DNA of 57,023 nucleotides, filler included, from Porpidia crustulata (Eukaryota), in assembly GCA_964255105.1 (NCBI GenBank). It is 7 parts of 7 records of this genome, joined end to end, with 100 filler letters (N's around TTAATTAATTAA, not from the genome) between each part and the next. Parts side by side here need not be neighbours in the genome. Positions count along the whole stretch, not along the records: positions 1 to 8,071 come from CAXUWE010001179.1; positions 8,172 to 16,235 come from CAXUWE010001180.1; 5 more parts are not named here. One strand, 5' to 3'. Shown here piece by piece: positions 1-12,847 of the stretch (position 1 is its first letter; each line of letters begins with the position of its first letter). The notes below the pieces were generated by a model, which had not been told where the DNA came from, did no database searches, and worked only from the letters and a program-made list of their open reading frames with translations. The position numbers and the translations under genes are program-made.

Positions 1-796
1 GATAAAGAGCTGGGTCGTGTAAGGTATTGTGCTGAATGGATAATAGACGAGCTTCAAAGGGATAAAGGTATTGTCTTCTGAGGATAGGACGATTATATTG
101 GGTTTATGGAGTGTTCGATATCTCGAGCATGGGAGCAGAAATCATGAAGCAAAACGAGAGCACATGATAAAGAGCGGCAATCATCAGCCTGGTACGAATG
201 AAGCGACGAGGAACAAATCATGACCGTGTTTAGATCAGGACATACTTCTTCCTATCCATTCCATCAGCCAACCTTCACGATGCTCCAACCGAAGGGCATT
301 TTCTTCGAGTGTCTTAGGAAGACGTCGAATCCGTTTCAGGATTGGCTTGTGCTTTTATACTAGGTTACCTATTTGGGCAAATTGGCTGGGCGAGAATGAG
401 ACATTGCGTACTCATTTGTACGTGTGCGACTTCTTGGTATCCATCAGACTGTATACAAGCCGGAGCTGTTCGTGAGGCTAGCATCGCTTATCTATATCGT
501 ATGATATTTGCTTTGATCCCTAGCGACGCGCTTTCATTCGCCTGAAGCCCCGGTCTGCCGGCCCGCCCCCGCAATCCGGCGGGGCTGGCTCGACAATCTG
601 GAGAAATTCACGTTGCACTTGTTCAGGACCAACCGCTTCTCGGATACGGACATACACTGGAAGTTTCGCCAAATCTTCATCTGGCCGTTCTCTTAATACT
701 CTACTGCTGTGTCATGCCGTCTCCTGGGGCTCCCCCTACTTGACCGCTTCATCATCCTCCACCCCCCACCCCGACTTCCATGACAACCCAACCACC

Positions 797-2591
797 ATGC
801 TACTTTCTCCGCTCTTAACACCGTACACTCTCCTCCTGATACCCTTCATCTATTACCTACTCCCTTATATCAGATTCCGTGCTGTTCGAGATATCCCTGC
901 TCCCTTTCCGGCGGCATTCTCAAATTTATGGCTGCTGTATCAATGCAGACGCGGTAGGCGCTATCTGGCAGTTGATAGTGCTCATAAAAAGTATGGTACT
1001 CTGGTCCGGATACAACCAGATCATGTTTCGGTAGCGGATGCTTCTGCAATCACCGTGATATATTCGCACACTGGTGGCTGGACCAAAAGGTATTGCAGTT
1101 TTGTATGCTGATACGCCGAGTGTCCTCAGTTCCACAGTCTAGAGAGCACGTGCATCCATGAATCTCGCGTCTAGGCTGACATACTTACTTTATAAGCTCC
1201 TACTATGATGCATTTGTCTCTATCCAACGAGGTCTCTTTAACACCCGAGATCGGGCAGAACATACTCGCAAACGCAAGACTGTCTCCCATACCTTCAGCG
1301 CCAAATCAATCTCGCTTTTTGAACAGTATATGGTCTCAAATCTGCAGGATTTGATCAAACAGTGGAACCGCATCTCTGACGCCGCGACGAAATCAGGGCA
1401 AAGCTATGCCGAGATTGACTCGCTGCATTGGTTTAATTACCTTGCATTTGACATCATTGGAGACTTGGTCAGTATGAAGTATATGAAATTGATACCAAGT
1501 TGATTGACCCAAGGAGTCAGGCATTTGGAGCACCCTTTGGCATGCTGAAGAAAGGAAAAGACATAGCTGAAGTCCGGAAGACCCATGACAGCCCACCCAC
1601 ATATGCTCGTGCAATCGAAGTCCTGAATCGCCGTGGGGAAGTTTCTGGAACACTTGGCTGCTATCCTGCTCTCAGACCGTATGCCAAATGGTTGCCAGAT
1701 CGATTCTTTCGGGACGGACTTGAAGCTGTGGAGAATCTCGCAGGTATTGCGGTTGCGAGGGTGAACGAGCGCTTGAATAACCCGGAGGAGAGCCAACGGG
1801 TGGATCTTTTGGCAAGGCTGATGGAGGGTAAAGATGAGAATGGGAATAAACTGGGCCGCAAGGAGTTGACAGCTGAGGCCTTGACACAATTGATTGCAGG
1901 CAGTGACACGACAAGTAACACCAGCTGTGCGCTACTGTACTGGTGCTTGAAAACACCAGGTGTAATGTCCAGATTGCAGAAAGAGCTCGATGATGCTATG
2001 CCAGCTGGTGTCGAGATCCCTACCTACGACAATGTCAAAGATCTTCCCTAGTACGTATGCGCCAATCTTGTTACCACCGCCCCTACTCAAATTGCCCAGC
2101 CTCCGTAATGTCATATCAGAAACTCTACGCATTCATAGTACCTCCTCCCTCGGCCTCCCTCGCCTTGTTCCTCCCGGATCTGGCGTCACTATCTTGGGGC
2201 ACCACTTCCCACCAGGCACCGCCCTCTCCGTTCCTGCGTATACCATCCATCACTCTCGAGATATGTGGGGCGCTGATGCAGACGACTTTCGCCCTGAGCG
2301 ATGGGAATGCGGAGAGTTGACGGAGAAGCAAAAAGCAGCGTTCATTCCTTTTAGTTATGGGCCAAGAGCTTGCGTTGGAAGGAATGTGGCTGAAATGGGT
2401 ACGTCAAACCAAAAGTTTTCCGTATGCGGTATGCTAACATACATATAGAATTAACGCTCATTGTGGCGACGATAGGCCGGAACTACGAATTCGAGCTCAG
2501 ACACGTTGGGCCGTTGGAGACGAGGGAAGGGTTCTTGAGGAAGCCACTGGGATGCAAAGTCGGAATGAGGAGGAGAAGAGATGAGGATTAG
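797..2591 (+). CDS. CYP53: Cytochrome P450, CYP53 family (benzoate para-hydroxylase-like), multi-exon
   Basis: N-terminal membrane anchor [10 protein letters not shown]..., I-helix AGSDTT, ETLR motif, FRPERW, heme motif [11 protein letters not shown]-terminal exon ...[10 protein letters not shown]... ends at TAG 2589-2591. GT-AG introns join the ORF fragments. Confidence 0.9.
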
Positions 2592-2810
2592 AGGTGATGG
2601 GCAGGAAGATGACGATGAAACAGAAAGTATATGATATCGTGTTGCTCACTGCATACGCGGGGATGTCGTTTGCTGCTCGGCCATTTCTTCATTTGATATT
2701 CTCATAGCATTGTAGCTTATTATTGACTGAGGAAGAGAGGCTTTGTTGATAGCTCTGTCATGCTAGCTTATACCTCGTCGCCCTCAGATAAACCATCGTC
2801 AAACCTTCAT

Positions 2811-2915
2811 CACGTTGGTGGGTGATATTTATAGAATTTGAAGCACTAAACCTTATTGAGTCTAGACGGAGCTGATCACGGGCCGAGGTTGCCGACTAAG
2901 CCGGCCCACGTGGGC
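2811..2915. promoter_or_regulatory. Candidate Pho4/NUC-1-type bHLH sites (CACGTT at 2811; CACGTG within palindrome GCCCACGTGGGC at 2904-2915)
   Basis: Both canonical Pho4 hexamers lie about 0.9-1.0 kb upstream of a phosphate-transporter-like gene. Short motifs, so chance cannot be excluded. Confidence 0.4.
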
Positions 2916-3823
2916 TTGGCACTCTGTTCTCATTCGATGGTCCAACCTCCAACTCGAGATCATCTATTTGTGCGGTTGGGCAGCTGTTTCAACACACCCT
3001 CTCCAAACCACCGATGGGAACCTGACGGACTTTGATTCTCATTTAAGAGATGGGTGACAAGGCTTTCCATACTGCCAGCTCAGCCAGAGCCAGCGGTGTT
3101 GGCTAACGTTGCTCTCGTACGGACAGAAAGACATTAATATTCTTAGAGTGATGGTGTGGTGTATCGGGCCGAGGAACGCATCTTGAAAATAGGATGGCGG
3201 TCTGTAGAGCCATTGGGCGGATCGCGGCGAGTATACCAAGCGCACCCTGAAGAAAGGGCTGTATATGGAGTTCCTCCTCCCTTCCGTCCCTTTCGTTCGG
3301 TAGCATGGCGGCCAATATTCAATATACGATCTGTACATCTATCCGATCGATACGATAAGATCTTCCGTTATGGTTGACCGATAGACATCATGAGTTGGTG
3401 CCGCTGGACAAATGATATTCTGAAGTAATAGTCAATCCCGACCGCTTGGTTCAATTTCTTCCGTTTGTGAAGCTGCCGTCCTTAATGCTTTTTCTTACAT
3501 GGAGGATCTGCACAACCTGATTAAGTCGTTGAGCCAGTCAAAGCGCTCGATGGATGAACGTGCCTACTATGCGATTCACGATGTTGGATGGTTTTGTGAA
3601 CAATAGGTACCGTCATTCGTCAGTCTACCCCCACAAGGCGAACTGTCCCACGGTTGATATACCCGTATCTAGTAGCTAGCTGCAACTCAAGTTACTTCTA
3701 TAAAAGCTTGTCTGCGCCTCCAGATCGTAGTTGTCAACCATCAATTACCAGTACTTCAATAATTTATTCAACGAGCGTAACTACCAGAGCTTCCGGCTTC
3801 TGTGTCTGTGTTCCACGGTAGAG

Positions 3824-6100
3824 ATGGCAACTGATGAGATGGATGACGGTTATGTTACGAATACCGGAGCTCGTATGAACGTGAACGACGTTGCTCATCG
3901 TTTGCCTCCAAATGAGCGGCAGATCTTCGATTATCTTCTCAAACCAGACGACAATTACACTGCTGGAGGAATTTACTGGGCGGACTTACCTTTTGCTCAG
4001 CGGGTCAGGTTTGTCAGTAGTAATGATGCAAAAGAGGCCGGCAGAGAGCTGCGAAATATCGGAGCCATGACCAAGAAGGACCCGCTGAGTCCAGTCGCTT
4101 ACTACTTCAAGAACATGGTTTTGCCTGGTGCTGGGCTAGGTCTTGAAGGGTGAGAAATTCTCCGTTGTTGGTTATAGTTATATCTGTTAACAGCATCAGA
4201 TATGTCTTATTCTCGATTGGGAATATCAAACCACTGTTTTCTGCTGCATTCAAAAGCTGTTGGGGAACAGCGAGCAAAACCAATCAACTTATCTGTAATC
4301 CCCAATGGATCAATGCAGTTGACTACCTCGAGATTGTTGGTATCATTGTTGGGCAGATTCTTGTTGGCATTCTTGGCGATTGGTACGTCTGATGTATTGA
4401 ACGGAGGACTTGAGTTAACTTCTGTTCCAGGCTTGGTCGCCGATGGGGTTTAATTCAGGATGCAACCATAATGTTCATTGGCCTCCTGATGCTGGTTGCT
4501 TCCTGGGGCGTGACACTCAACGGATGGGTTATCTGCTACGCATGGGCGTTATTCTTCTATGGTATCGGCGTCGGTGGGGAATACCCTATGACAGCAACTT
4601 CTGGTATGGAAAATGCAGTTGGCTCCGGCAAGGTATCGACCAAGGACGATCGTTTGCACCGTGGCAGGAAGGTCACAAGCGCCTTCTTAATGCAAGGATG
4701 GGGCCAATTTGCCAACCAAATCATTCTTATTGTCCTACTTCTCGTCTTCCACCATGGAAGCGGGAACCCACCGTACTCGGAGGTTGCTACCCAATGGACT
4801 TTCCGAGTTTCTTTTGCTATTCCAGCTGTTGGGACTCTCTGGCTTGTTTATTACCGTACCTACAAGATGAAATCCGCCAGCAAGCAACTCGATGCCGCCA
4901 AGCAAAAGCACAAAGTCACGGGCTATGATACCGAGTCACTGAAGCTTACCTTTACATATTTCGGTCCTCGAATGATCGCCACAGCAGGCGGTTGGTTTGC
5001 GAATGACGTAAGTAGTGTTTCCTTGTCGATAATTTTCTATTCAAGAGCATCTATGATTTGCTGGACATAATGAAGACGCAGATGCTCTATCGACATGATA
5101 CCTTATTTATCGATCGACTTACGACTTCAACGCTGACTTTAATGGAATAGGTCTTCTTCTATGGCAATAAGCTCTTCCAATCCGAATTTATCAAAGTGAT
5201 TGCCCCAAACAACTCTTCCGTATTGGAAGGCTGGCTATACAACCTGATCAACGTTGGCGTTTCTCTAGTGGGGTACTACCTTGCTTCGTTCCTTATTGAC
5301 AACAAGCTCTATGGTATGCAGCCTCGAATCTCAAGACTTCCTTCCATCTTGATTCCTAACATTGTCCACTAGGCCGGAAGAAAATGCAAATGGTCGGCTT
5401 CTTCATGGACTTCATCCTCTTTGTGGTCCCCGCATTTCACTTCAGCTACTACAAATCACTCCCCGGGGTTCAAGCCTTCCAAGCCATGTACTTTCTCTCT
5501 TCATTCTTCAATCAATTCGGCCCCAATGCCGTCTCCTTCCTCGTGGCCGCCGAAGTTTACCCAACCCCCATCCGCGCCACTGCTCACGGATTTAGCGCCG
5601 CCTGTGGTAAACTCGGTGCTCTGACCGCCGCTGTACTTTACAATTACATCGATACTCAGATGAAATTCTATGTAGTACCCTGGTTCGGGCTTGCGGGCAT
5701 GGTCGTGACTATCCTCTTCCTGCCTGACACTACAGGGCTCGACCTCAAGGAACAAGAGCGCCGGTGGCAATTCATCCGCGCGGGCCACGAAAATGACTAC
5801 CACGGTATCGCGGTGCACCCAAAACATCTGTCATGGTGGGAACGTATGCGCGGCGTCGGCAAGTATCACAACGCCGATCTAGACTACAAGCAGAAGATCG
5901 AGGAGATGCGCGCGGATTGGGAGATGTCGCAAGTGAGGAAAGCAGACGAGAAGGCGGGGCATTGGGACGAGGAGGGGGAGGATGACAGCACATGGTCGAG
6001 TGACGTGTCGACGTACTTTGAGAGGACGAGGGATGCGAGGGATGGGGGACTTAGGAAGGAGGGGTATGAGAGTGACTCGAGTCCGCAGCGGACGTTGTGA
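3824..6100 (+). CDS. MFS inorganic phosphate:H+ symporter-like protein (Pho84/PHT1-related), multi-exon
   Basis: Motifs GDWLGRR (spliced), GIGVGGEYPM, MQGWGQ, WFANDVFFYGNKLF (spliced), FFNQFGPN, AEVYPTPIRATAHGFSAACGKLGA, LPDTTGLDL. Multiple TM segments; four GT-AG introns. Confidence 0.85.
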
Positions 6101-7578
6101 GGGATTGGGATTGGAGGTTGAAAGTTGAAGGAGTCTGGCAATGAACGTAAAGGGATACGTTGGACCTTCTAGACATCATGTCCTTCCTGGGCGTTTGCGC
6201 ATAGAAATCATCCCTCGAGGGCGTTTTCGTAAGCTTCATCCAGATACATATCTATCCGTCAATGTAAGATCACTATCCACGAATTAAGTACCGTGTCATT
6301 GTTGGAATTAGGGGGGGAAGTTGGCAATCTCCGCTGGGGCGCTAGCAGATCTTCTCTTTCCCTGTCTCGCATGCCTTCTAGCAGCGACAGCATCAATGCC
6401 CATCAATCCATATTTTCATATTCCAACCACGCAAATCTCGTGGCTGCCTTGGTGAGTGGAACTCATGTCTCAAAACGACTGGTGCCGTCTACCTCAAGGA
6501 TGATGATTGTAGAAGACACTATCGAGTTGAACAATCAAAGATCGCGCTTACAGAAAGACCGTTCTGATGATCCTATGGTCATTGCGGAAATATACAATGC
6601 CTTGCATAGAGCTCAAGGGACCGCCCACGATCTAGTATCCTGGTCTCGTATGATGAGGGGACAAATTAATAAGATCGAATTTTTATTCTCCCGATGACTT
6701 AGATTACAGTGAGAAGCATCCCTTCTGCCTCAACATTGTCCAATGATCTGCAGTTCGTAACACAAATGCTTCATATACAAGAAGCTTGCATGGACAAAAC
6801 GGTCATCGTGCTGCTAAGACGCTGACTACTAAAATTAAACGATATGGGTCCTCTGCTCGTATTCTAGCTTTCTTGGGAGGACGTGTGATTCTTGGAGAGG
6901 GTTAGCAGCCTGATCAATTTCGACAATACTCTTTGAGCGAGACCTCCGGATTCTGAGTTTTGAATTCGAGCGTCTTTGGAGCACTTTACAAGATCTCGAA
7001 TATTTGGAATGATTTAAGAGCTGACATTGTAGAATTTGCAGGCAAGATCGTGTCATTCAAGACCATGAACAGTGAGAGGTCAAACATGCCAACACGTGCG
7101 AAGCTCGAGTGTTGCTGGAGAGGGAAGTAGGGTCGCAAACAACTCGACACTGGCTTTTGAAATCTACGTTTACTACCATCGCTCGGGTTTCATTTCTTGC
7201 CTTCTTCTAGATCGACTTGCTAACATTGGTTCATATTCTTATTTTCAAATCCATCAGCAAGTTCTTACGCTAGCTTCGCAGCTCGTCTCGGCTTCTGCAC
7301 TTATGGCTTCTTTGTGCTATGTCTTTGTTTTGCAAGCGAGATCTGGAATCAATGGAACATTGGCAGGCTTGTTGTAAGTACAATACGTTGTTCTTTGACG
7401 ATGGCTTTATGGACCAGGCAGTTTTCCAATCCCGGTTTATTTCTGAAGCGTTTCATCGTCTCCCCACCGTCTCGACAATACCCTTATCAAGTGACTCACC
7501 AATTCGCGAAACTTCATCTCCATCATTCTTCCTCAGATCTTTACTACTTAAATCCGTCGATTGAGCTAGAAAGAAATC

Positions 7579-8071
7579 ATGCAACGTACGAAAACATCCC
7601 GCGATGATTGCTCCCACTGCGGCACATATCTGGACTATAGCCATTCTCGATGTCACGGATGTGGCCATGAATTTGCTTACGAACTCGGAACAACCAGCTT
7701 TTCTACGCGTCACGAAACAAAATATATTGACTATCTTGAGAATCGAGATGTCTCCAACAGCGAAGATATTGAAGGTACCGATGAGGCATCTCCGTACCCC
7801 GTCGTTGGCAAGCACCCAATACCAAAATTCAGAAAACTCCCACCAACCCCAGCTACACCTTCACCCACCCAGCAGCTACAAACACGACATGCCACATTTG
7901 CCACACGTCAACCTCATCCACCCCAGCTTCCTCCTCGGTCCCCATCACAGCTACCCCATCGGTCCCTAGAAAGGCAAATGCCCGAACCCAAATCCAGAGG
8001 CTTCATGTCAGCCGTTCGAAACAGCTTTATCTTCAAGCCAACCCCAAAGCCCAAAACACCCCACCCCAGCA
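7579..8071 (+). CDS. Hypothetical protein with N-terminal CxxC-x10-CxxC zinc ribbon and Pro-rich tail; 3' truncated by contig end
   Basis: ATG at 7579, CSHC...CHGCG, frame stays open to the spacer. Confidence 0.45.
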
Positions 8072-8171
8072 NNNNNNNNNNNNNNNNNNNNNNNNNNNNN
8101 NNNNNNNNNNNNNNNTTAATTAATTAANNNNNNNNNNNNNNNNNNNNNNNNNNNNNNNNNNNNNNNNNNNN
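8072..8171. other. Artificial contig spacer N44-TTAATTAATTAA-N44
   Basis: Identical 100-nt spacer occurs six times; TTAATTAATTAA gives stops in all six frames. Confidence 0.97.
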
Positions 8172-8430
8172 GGGTGGATGAGGCGGGGGAGTGGTGAACT
8201 TGCGGTAGGAAGGGGTTTAAACTGTTAGGACGCTGGTTACCTGGCTCAGCCGGGTTTTTGGCAGAGCTGGTCTTCAAGAATCGTCAGAAAAGCTCGTTCA
8301 ATATTTTGGGATCTCAGAACCACGTGGGTTCAAATTACCAGTATATAACTGATGGAGGTCCGCCTTCAAGATAGCCCCTGCAGCCCAATGCCCCTGTCCA
8401 AAAACCATGCACCAGCAAAATCACAAACAC

Positions 8431-11400
8431 TCAATACTCATCGCTATCATCATCGTCCTCCTCGGGTATAAGACCCCTGTACCTCCGAGCTGCCAGATCC
8501 TCCTCCAAGTCCCCGTCGCTTTCCGGGTCCACGTAGCCTGTCCGCACGCGTCAGCCAAAGATCGCCTTTTGCGAAATAACACGCAAGGACGAAAACTCAC
8601 CGTCGCCGCCGACCAGGCTCAACGCCACGGGTAGAAATACCAGCGCGTGCCCCGCGGCGAATACCACCAGCGCCAACCAGATGCGGAAATAGTACACCTC
8701 GAAGATCTTACTGCGCGTGAACGCTAGCACGATGACGCCCAGCAGCTTCGTGATCGTGATCCCGCTGAACACACTCCCGCCAACATTGACCAAGCTGGCA
8801 GAAGCCCTTGCGTCTCGGCCGCGCAGGAATTTGCCCTTGGCCTTCTCCAAGACAGCGCGGCTGGGGAACATGAAGGCACGGGCGATGTGGGCGCAGAATT
8901 CGACGCCGATGCCGACGCAGATGACGAGGTTGACGAGGGAGACAGCGTTGAGGGAGACGTGGGCGAGGGCCATGGTGCCGATGACGTCGACGACGATCAT
9001 GATGACGGTAAGGGTGACGACGGCGCCGGTAGCGAGGGAGCCGAGGAGGAGGGAGGAGAGGAGGAAGATGATGGCGAGGGCGGAGCCGAGGAGGATGCCG
9101 GTGAGGGATTTGATGGAGGCGTATTGGTCGAAGAAGATGTAGAATTTGGAGTAGGGGAAGACGGAGATGTTTTGGGAATCGCCGACGCTGGAGGAGATGC
9201 GGCGGGCGGAGGCGTAGGCGTCGATGAAATCTTGCTGGGTATGAAGGGCGGTGTGTGAGGTGCGGAAATGAGAGGCTGGGATGGTCAGAGCAGTGGAGTT
9301 GATGACGAGGGCGTTGCTGTACGGGGCTTTGCCACCGAAGGGGCAGTCTTCGTTTGTGGGTGAGGCAAGCCATTTCTCGAGGTAGTGGATGAATTCTTGA
9401 CCTTCAGGCATGCCGGAGAGCGTGATGCTCCATGGCGGTTTACGGTCTTCAAAGCAGACCTTGCCGTTCTCGATGCAGCATTCTTCGTTTGCTGGGTTCA
9501 GCCAGGTGAAGAAGTCATCAATCCAACTAGCGGCAGAGCCAGAAATGTAAGACACGTTTGACCTCTTCGACTCCTGCTCCAGGACATTGGCCATGGAGAA
9601 CGAATCGCAAGTTGTATAGCGTGCGCAGACTTCTTGTTGATGCTTTCGCTCGGTGACATTAAGATCACGCGTCACGAAATAGACAGGCGGCCCCGTATTG
9701 AAGTACTCATCTAAGTCGTTGAAGTAAGGGATGAGATATGAGCCCGTAGGAAAGGCGATCCTTTGGTCTAACCCGAGAGCCACTTCTGGAATCAGTGCTA
9801 GACCTGCAGTGAACAATCCAACAAAGCCAACGACGATCACGACTTTCACTTTGCGACCAAGAAGCGCAGGAGCGTACATTCTGCGGATGAATCGTTGCAG
9901 GGGACCTTCCTCGTCAAAGCCGTACGAACCGGCTCCATACGAATTCATCTTCGACACGTCGTGCACCTTCAGCTTGACAAATGGGAAGCAATCTGCACGA
10001 TTGCTTTCAACCCTTTGTTGATTTAGAGCAAGCACGGCGACGAACATTGTGACTTGCAGCAATGCGTTGATCAGAACAGCTCCAGCAGCGTAGACAGCAA
10101 AATTCCTTACAGCGGGCATTCCCACAAACGCACCCAGTGCAAATGCAATAGTTTCCGTAGAGGCCGATAGAAGGATACTCGGTCCCATCCTCCCGAGAGC
10201 TTTGGCGACCCGCGTTTCCATGTCCTCGTCAGGGTGGCTGATGTTGACACGCTCAAATTCGTGTACAATCAGAAAAATGTTATCAACGCCAACCGCTAGT
10301 ACAAGGAACGGGATAACCTCGGCAATGATGAGAGTTACCTTAATACCAGCGGCAGAAAACAAGCCCACTGAGGCGGAGACTGACATTAGGACGATAACAA
10401 TACCCATAACCCCGAGGCTAAACTTGGACTGGACCATAGCATTTGCTGGGTTCCTCAAAATTGAACCAACAGAGAGCGATACGGACCCCAAAGATAGCGA
10501 GGCATAGAGAAACATAATGATATAACTGATGACAACAATCTTGGCGTCAGTGTTCGCTGATCCATTTAGCTCGTCCTCAAGACTTCTCTCAGTGGTAAAG
10601 GAAAGGCGTAGACCACGTTCTTTGGCTTCTTGCTGGGCATACTGCAGCTGGTTGATGAAATTCTCCTCCCATTCCATTGCGAGCAATTCTTCCTCGGAAC
10701 CTTCGGCATGATTGTTCACCACCCAGGTCACAATCAATGCTGCTGCGTCTAGGACGTCACCAGTTTTTTGCCATCCACCTAAGACCATTTCTTTCGACAA
10801 CGGTTGCTGAAAAGCTGGTAGGCACTCTTGGTTGCCGGGATGCTTAGTACAATGCTGAAGATCTTCCTGCCATGTATCCGGGTCCACACTTGAAAAATCT
10901 CCTCCAAAATAGCCAGTCAAAGACTGGATCACACAAGCGGACCCAGTCGGGTTGAAACAGACGTCGCTGAGCATGACACCTTTCAGCGATCGGAAACGGC
11001 TAATTCGGTTTTCGACGTCAAACCACCATGATAATGTATCATAGCTCAAAACAGGCCCGGGCCCTGACGGATGAGTATCATTGACTAGGAAAGCCTGCTC
11101 TGCACGGTAAAAGGGACCAAAGTTCGAGTCGAAGAATTGTTTTTCTTGAGCAGCCTGGGAGGATGGGCTGACCCAGAGTCTTTCTGGGCTAGTCTCAATG
11201 GCAAAATTGATCCAGCCGATGCTCAGTACGAAAACAATCATGACACTGATTCCAATCGTAATCAATGGAAACCTTGCACAAGCCTTGCCCAGGGAGCTGA
11301 AAGCACTATCACATTGAGTATTCAACCAGTAGTGCCTTTGAGGTTGATCCATTACCCCAGCGTTATGTATGACGTCTCCTTCATCCTCGTCATCGCTCAG

Positions 11401-12406
11401 AGCGGCATCTTGGAGGAGTTGCAGTCTTTCACTTTGTCGCTGATTGTGTTTCTGATACGCTACATGCGCAGACACTCCAGCCGCAAGCAGGAGTAAGAAA
11501 ACGCAGTATATCAGGATTACTGAAAAAGACAGGCAGGGTAAAATGCCAACATGGCAATATTCCTGCTCTGTCAGCTGTGGTAGCTCTGGACACACACTAG
11601 GGCAGTCAACACAGGCGCATTGATAGGCCTTGTCGCTATCGTTACAAGCTTTCGCAGTCGGATTTTCTGCAGCCATGCCCTCGAAGTCGCTCGCGTTGGG
11701 TCTTGGAAAATTGATTTGAAACGGACTTCCAAGTAGCTTAGTATCTCCGAGGAACTTGAGGAACTCGGTATAATTCTTTGCTCCCCCACCAATGAAATCC
11801 ATCGCCTTGCCTCCAGTGGCACCAAACTTGACATCTTTGCAACTATTGTAGAAGTCTTCTCCGAATTTATCCGACCAAAGTGTATCCAACTCCGTCACTA
11901 TTAGCTTCTTGGTGGATGCAGTTTGCGTTGCAGTAATGTTGACGAAGAGGGACTGATCTGGGGAGCAAGTAAAGGTGCAGAACATGTCGAAGAAGTTCTT
12001 CTTGCAAGCAGGGCATGACGATATGATAGGTTCTGCCCTTTTCAAATTTGATTTCAAAGCGTCAACCTATGGGAGAGTCAGTACCAGCAACTTTCCCCGT
12101 AGTGTGTGCATGCAGTACCTGGTCGCTGTCACAGCATACAGCATCCGTTTTCCAGTCATCGCCACACACTTCCACAAGCTTTTCCCGTAAGGACTCTTCT
12201 GGCTCCTCTGCCAAGGAATTCTCTGGACAGGGTAGCTGTCCGCCAAAAAATGATTTCTTCCCACATTGGCCTTTCATAGCACATCTGCCACTCTCATGCT
12301 TAACCGTCCAGTTTCCATCGCTCGCCGAGACTGCGACATTGAGTAATAAAATTATTGTGATGCCTAGAAACAGCCGTGGCCGTCGTGGATAAGTAAGCCA
12401 CGACAT
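8431..12406 (-). CDS. NCR1: Niemann-Pick C1-like sterol transporter (patched/SSD family)
   Basis: Signal peptide, Cys-rich N-terminal domain (CAMKGQCGKKSFFG, CPACKKNFFDMFCTFTCSPDQSLF), sterol-sensing domain (EVIPFLVLAVGVDNIF), GIGVEFCAHIAR. Short last exon ends ...DDDSDEY* at 8431. Confidence 0.95.
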
Positions 12407-12847
12407 GACTATACGTGGGGAGCTTTGAGGCTCTCAAGCTCCCGGTCTTTGGCAAGCTTGTGAAGGTGATCAATTTCTTGAGGCTGATCTGACGACGAGT
12501 GGCGCAGCAGGCACCCTTGACCAACGTATGAACCGTATCAAACCCCTGGCGAATCGTTCCGACGCCAGCAACAGGCCTCTACAGTAGAGACGTGATGTTG
12601 CTGTATCTGTGGAGAGTTGATAGAAGAGGGGTTATAAAAGAGAATGAACCTGTTTATTGTTGACAATGCCCTTGCGCATGAACTGCATCCTGCCATCCTG
12701 ACGTGTTTCGAAGGCAGCCACAGATTAGCTGGCGGCAACCATGCCCGATTCGGTCTACCAAAATCCGGGGAAACGCCTTAGCCAAATTCCAAGCCGCGAT
12801 AACTAAGGCTTGCTGCAGAGTGCAAGCAGACGATCGTCAAACATATC

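Noticed and set aside
6293..6697. 134-aa ORF as a gene
   Set aside because: Non-ATG ORF start and no recognisable motifs; could be a remnant but unsupported.
8116..8127. TTAATTAATTAA palindrome repeating every ~8.16 kb as a biological periodic element
   Set aside because: It is embedded in fixed N-runs and is an assembly linker with stops in all six frames.
8708..9373. Long overlapping ORFs rich in Arg/His/Pro or Asp/Glu/Gly
   Set aside because: Shadow frames of the high-GC3 3' part of NCR1.
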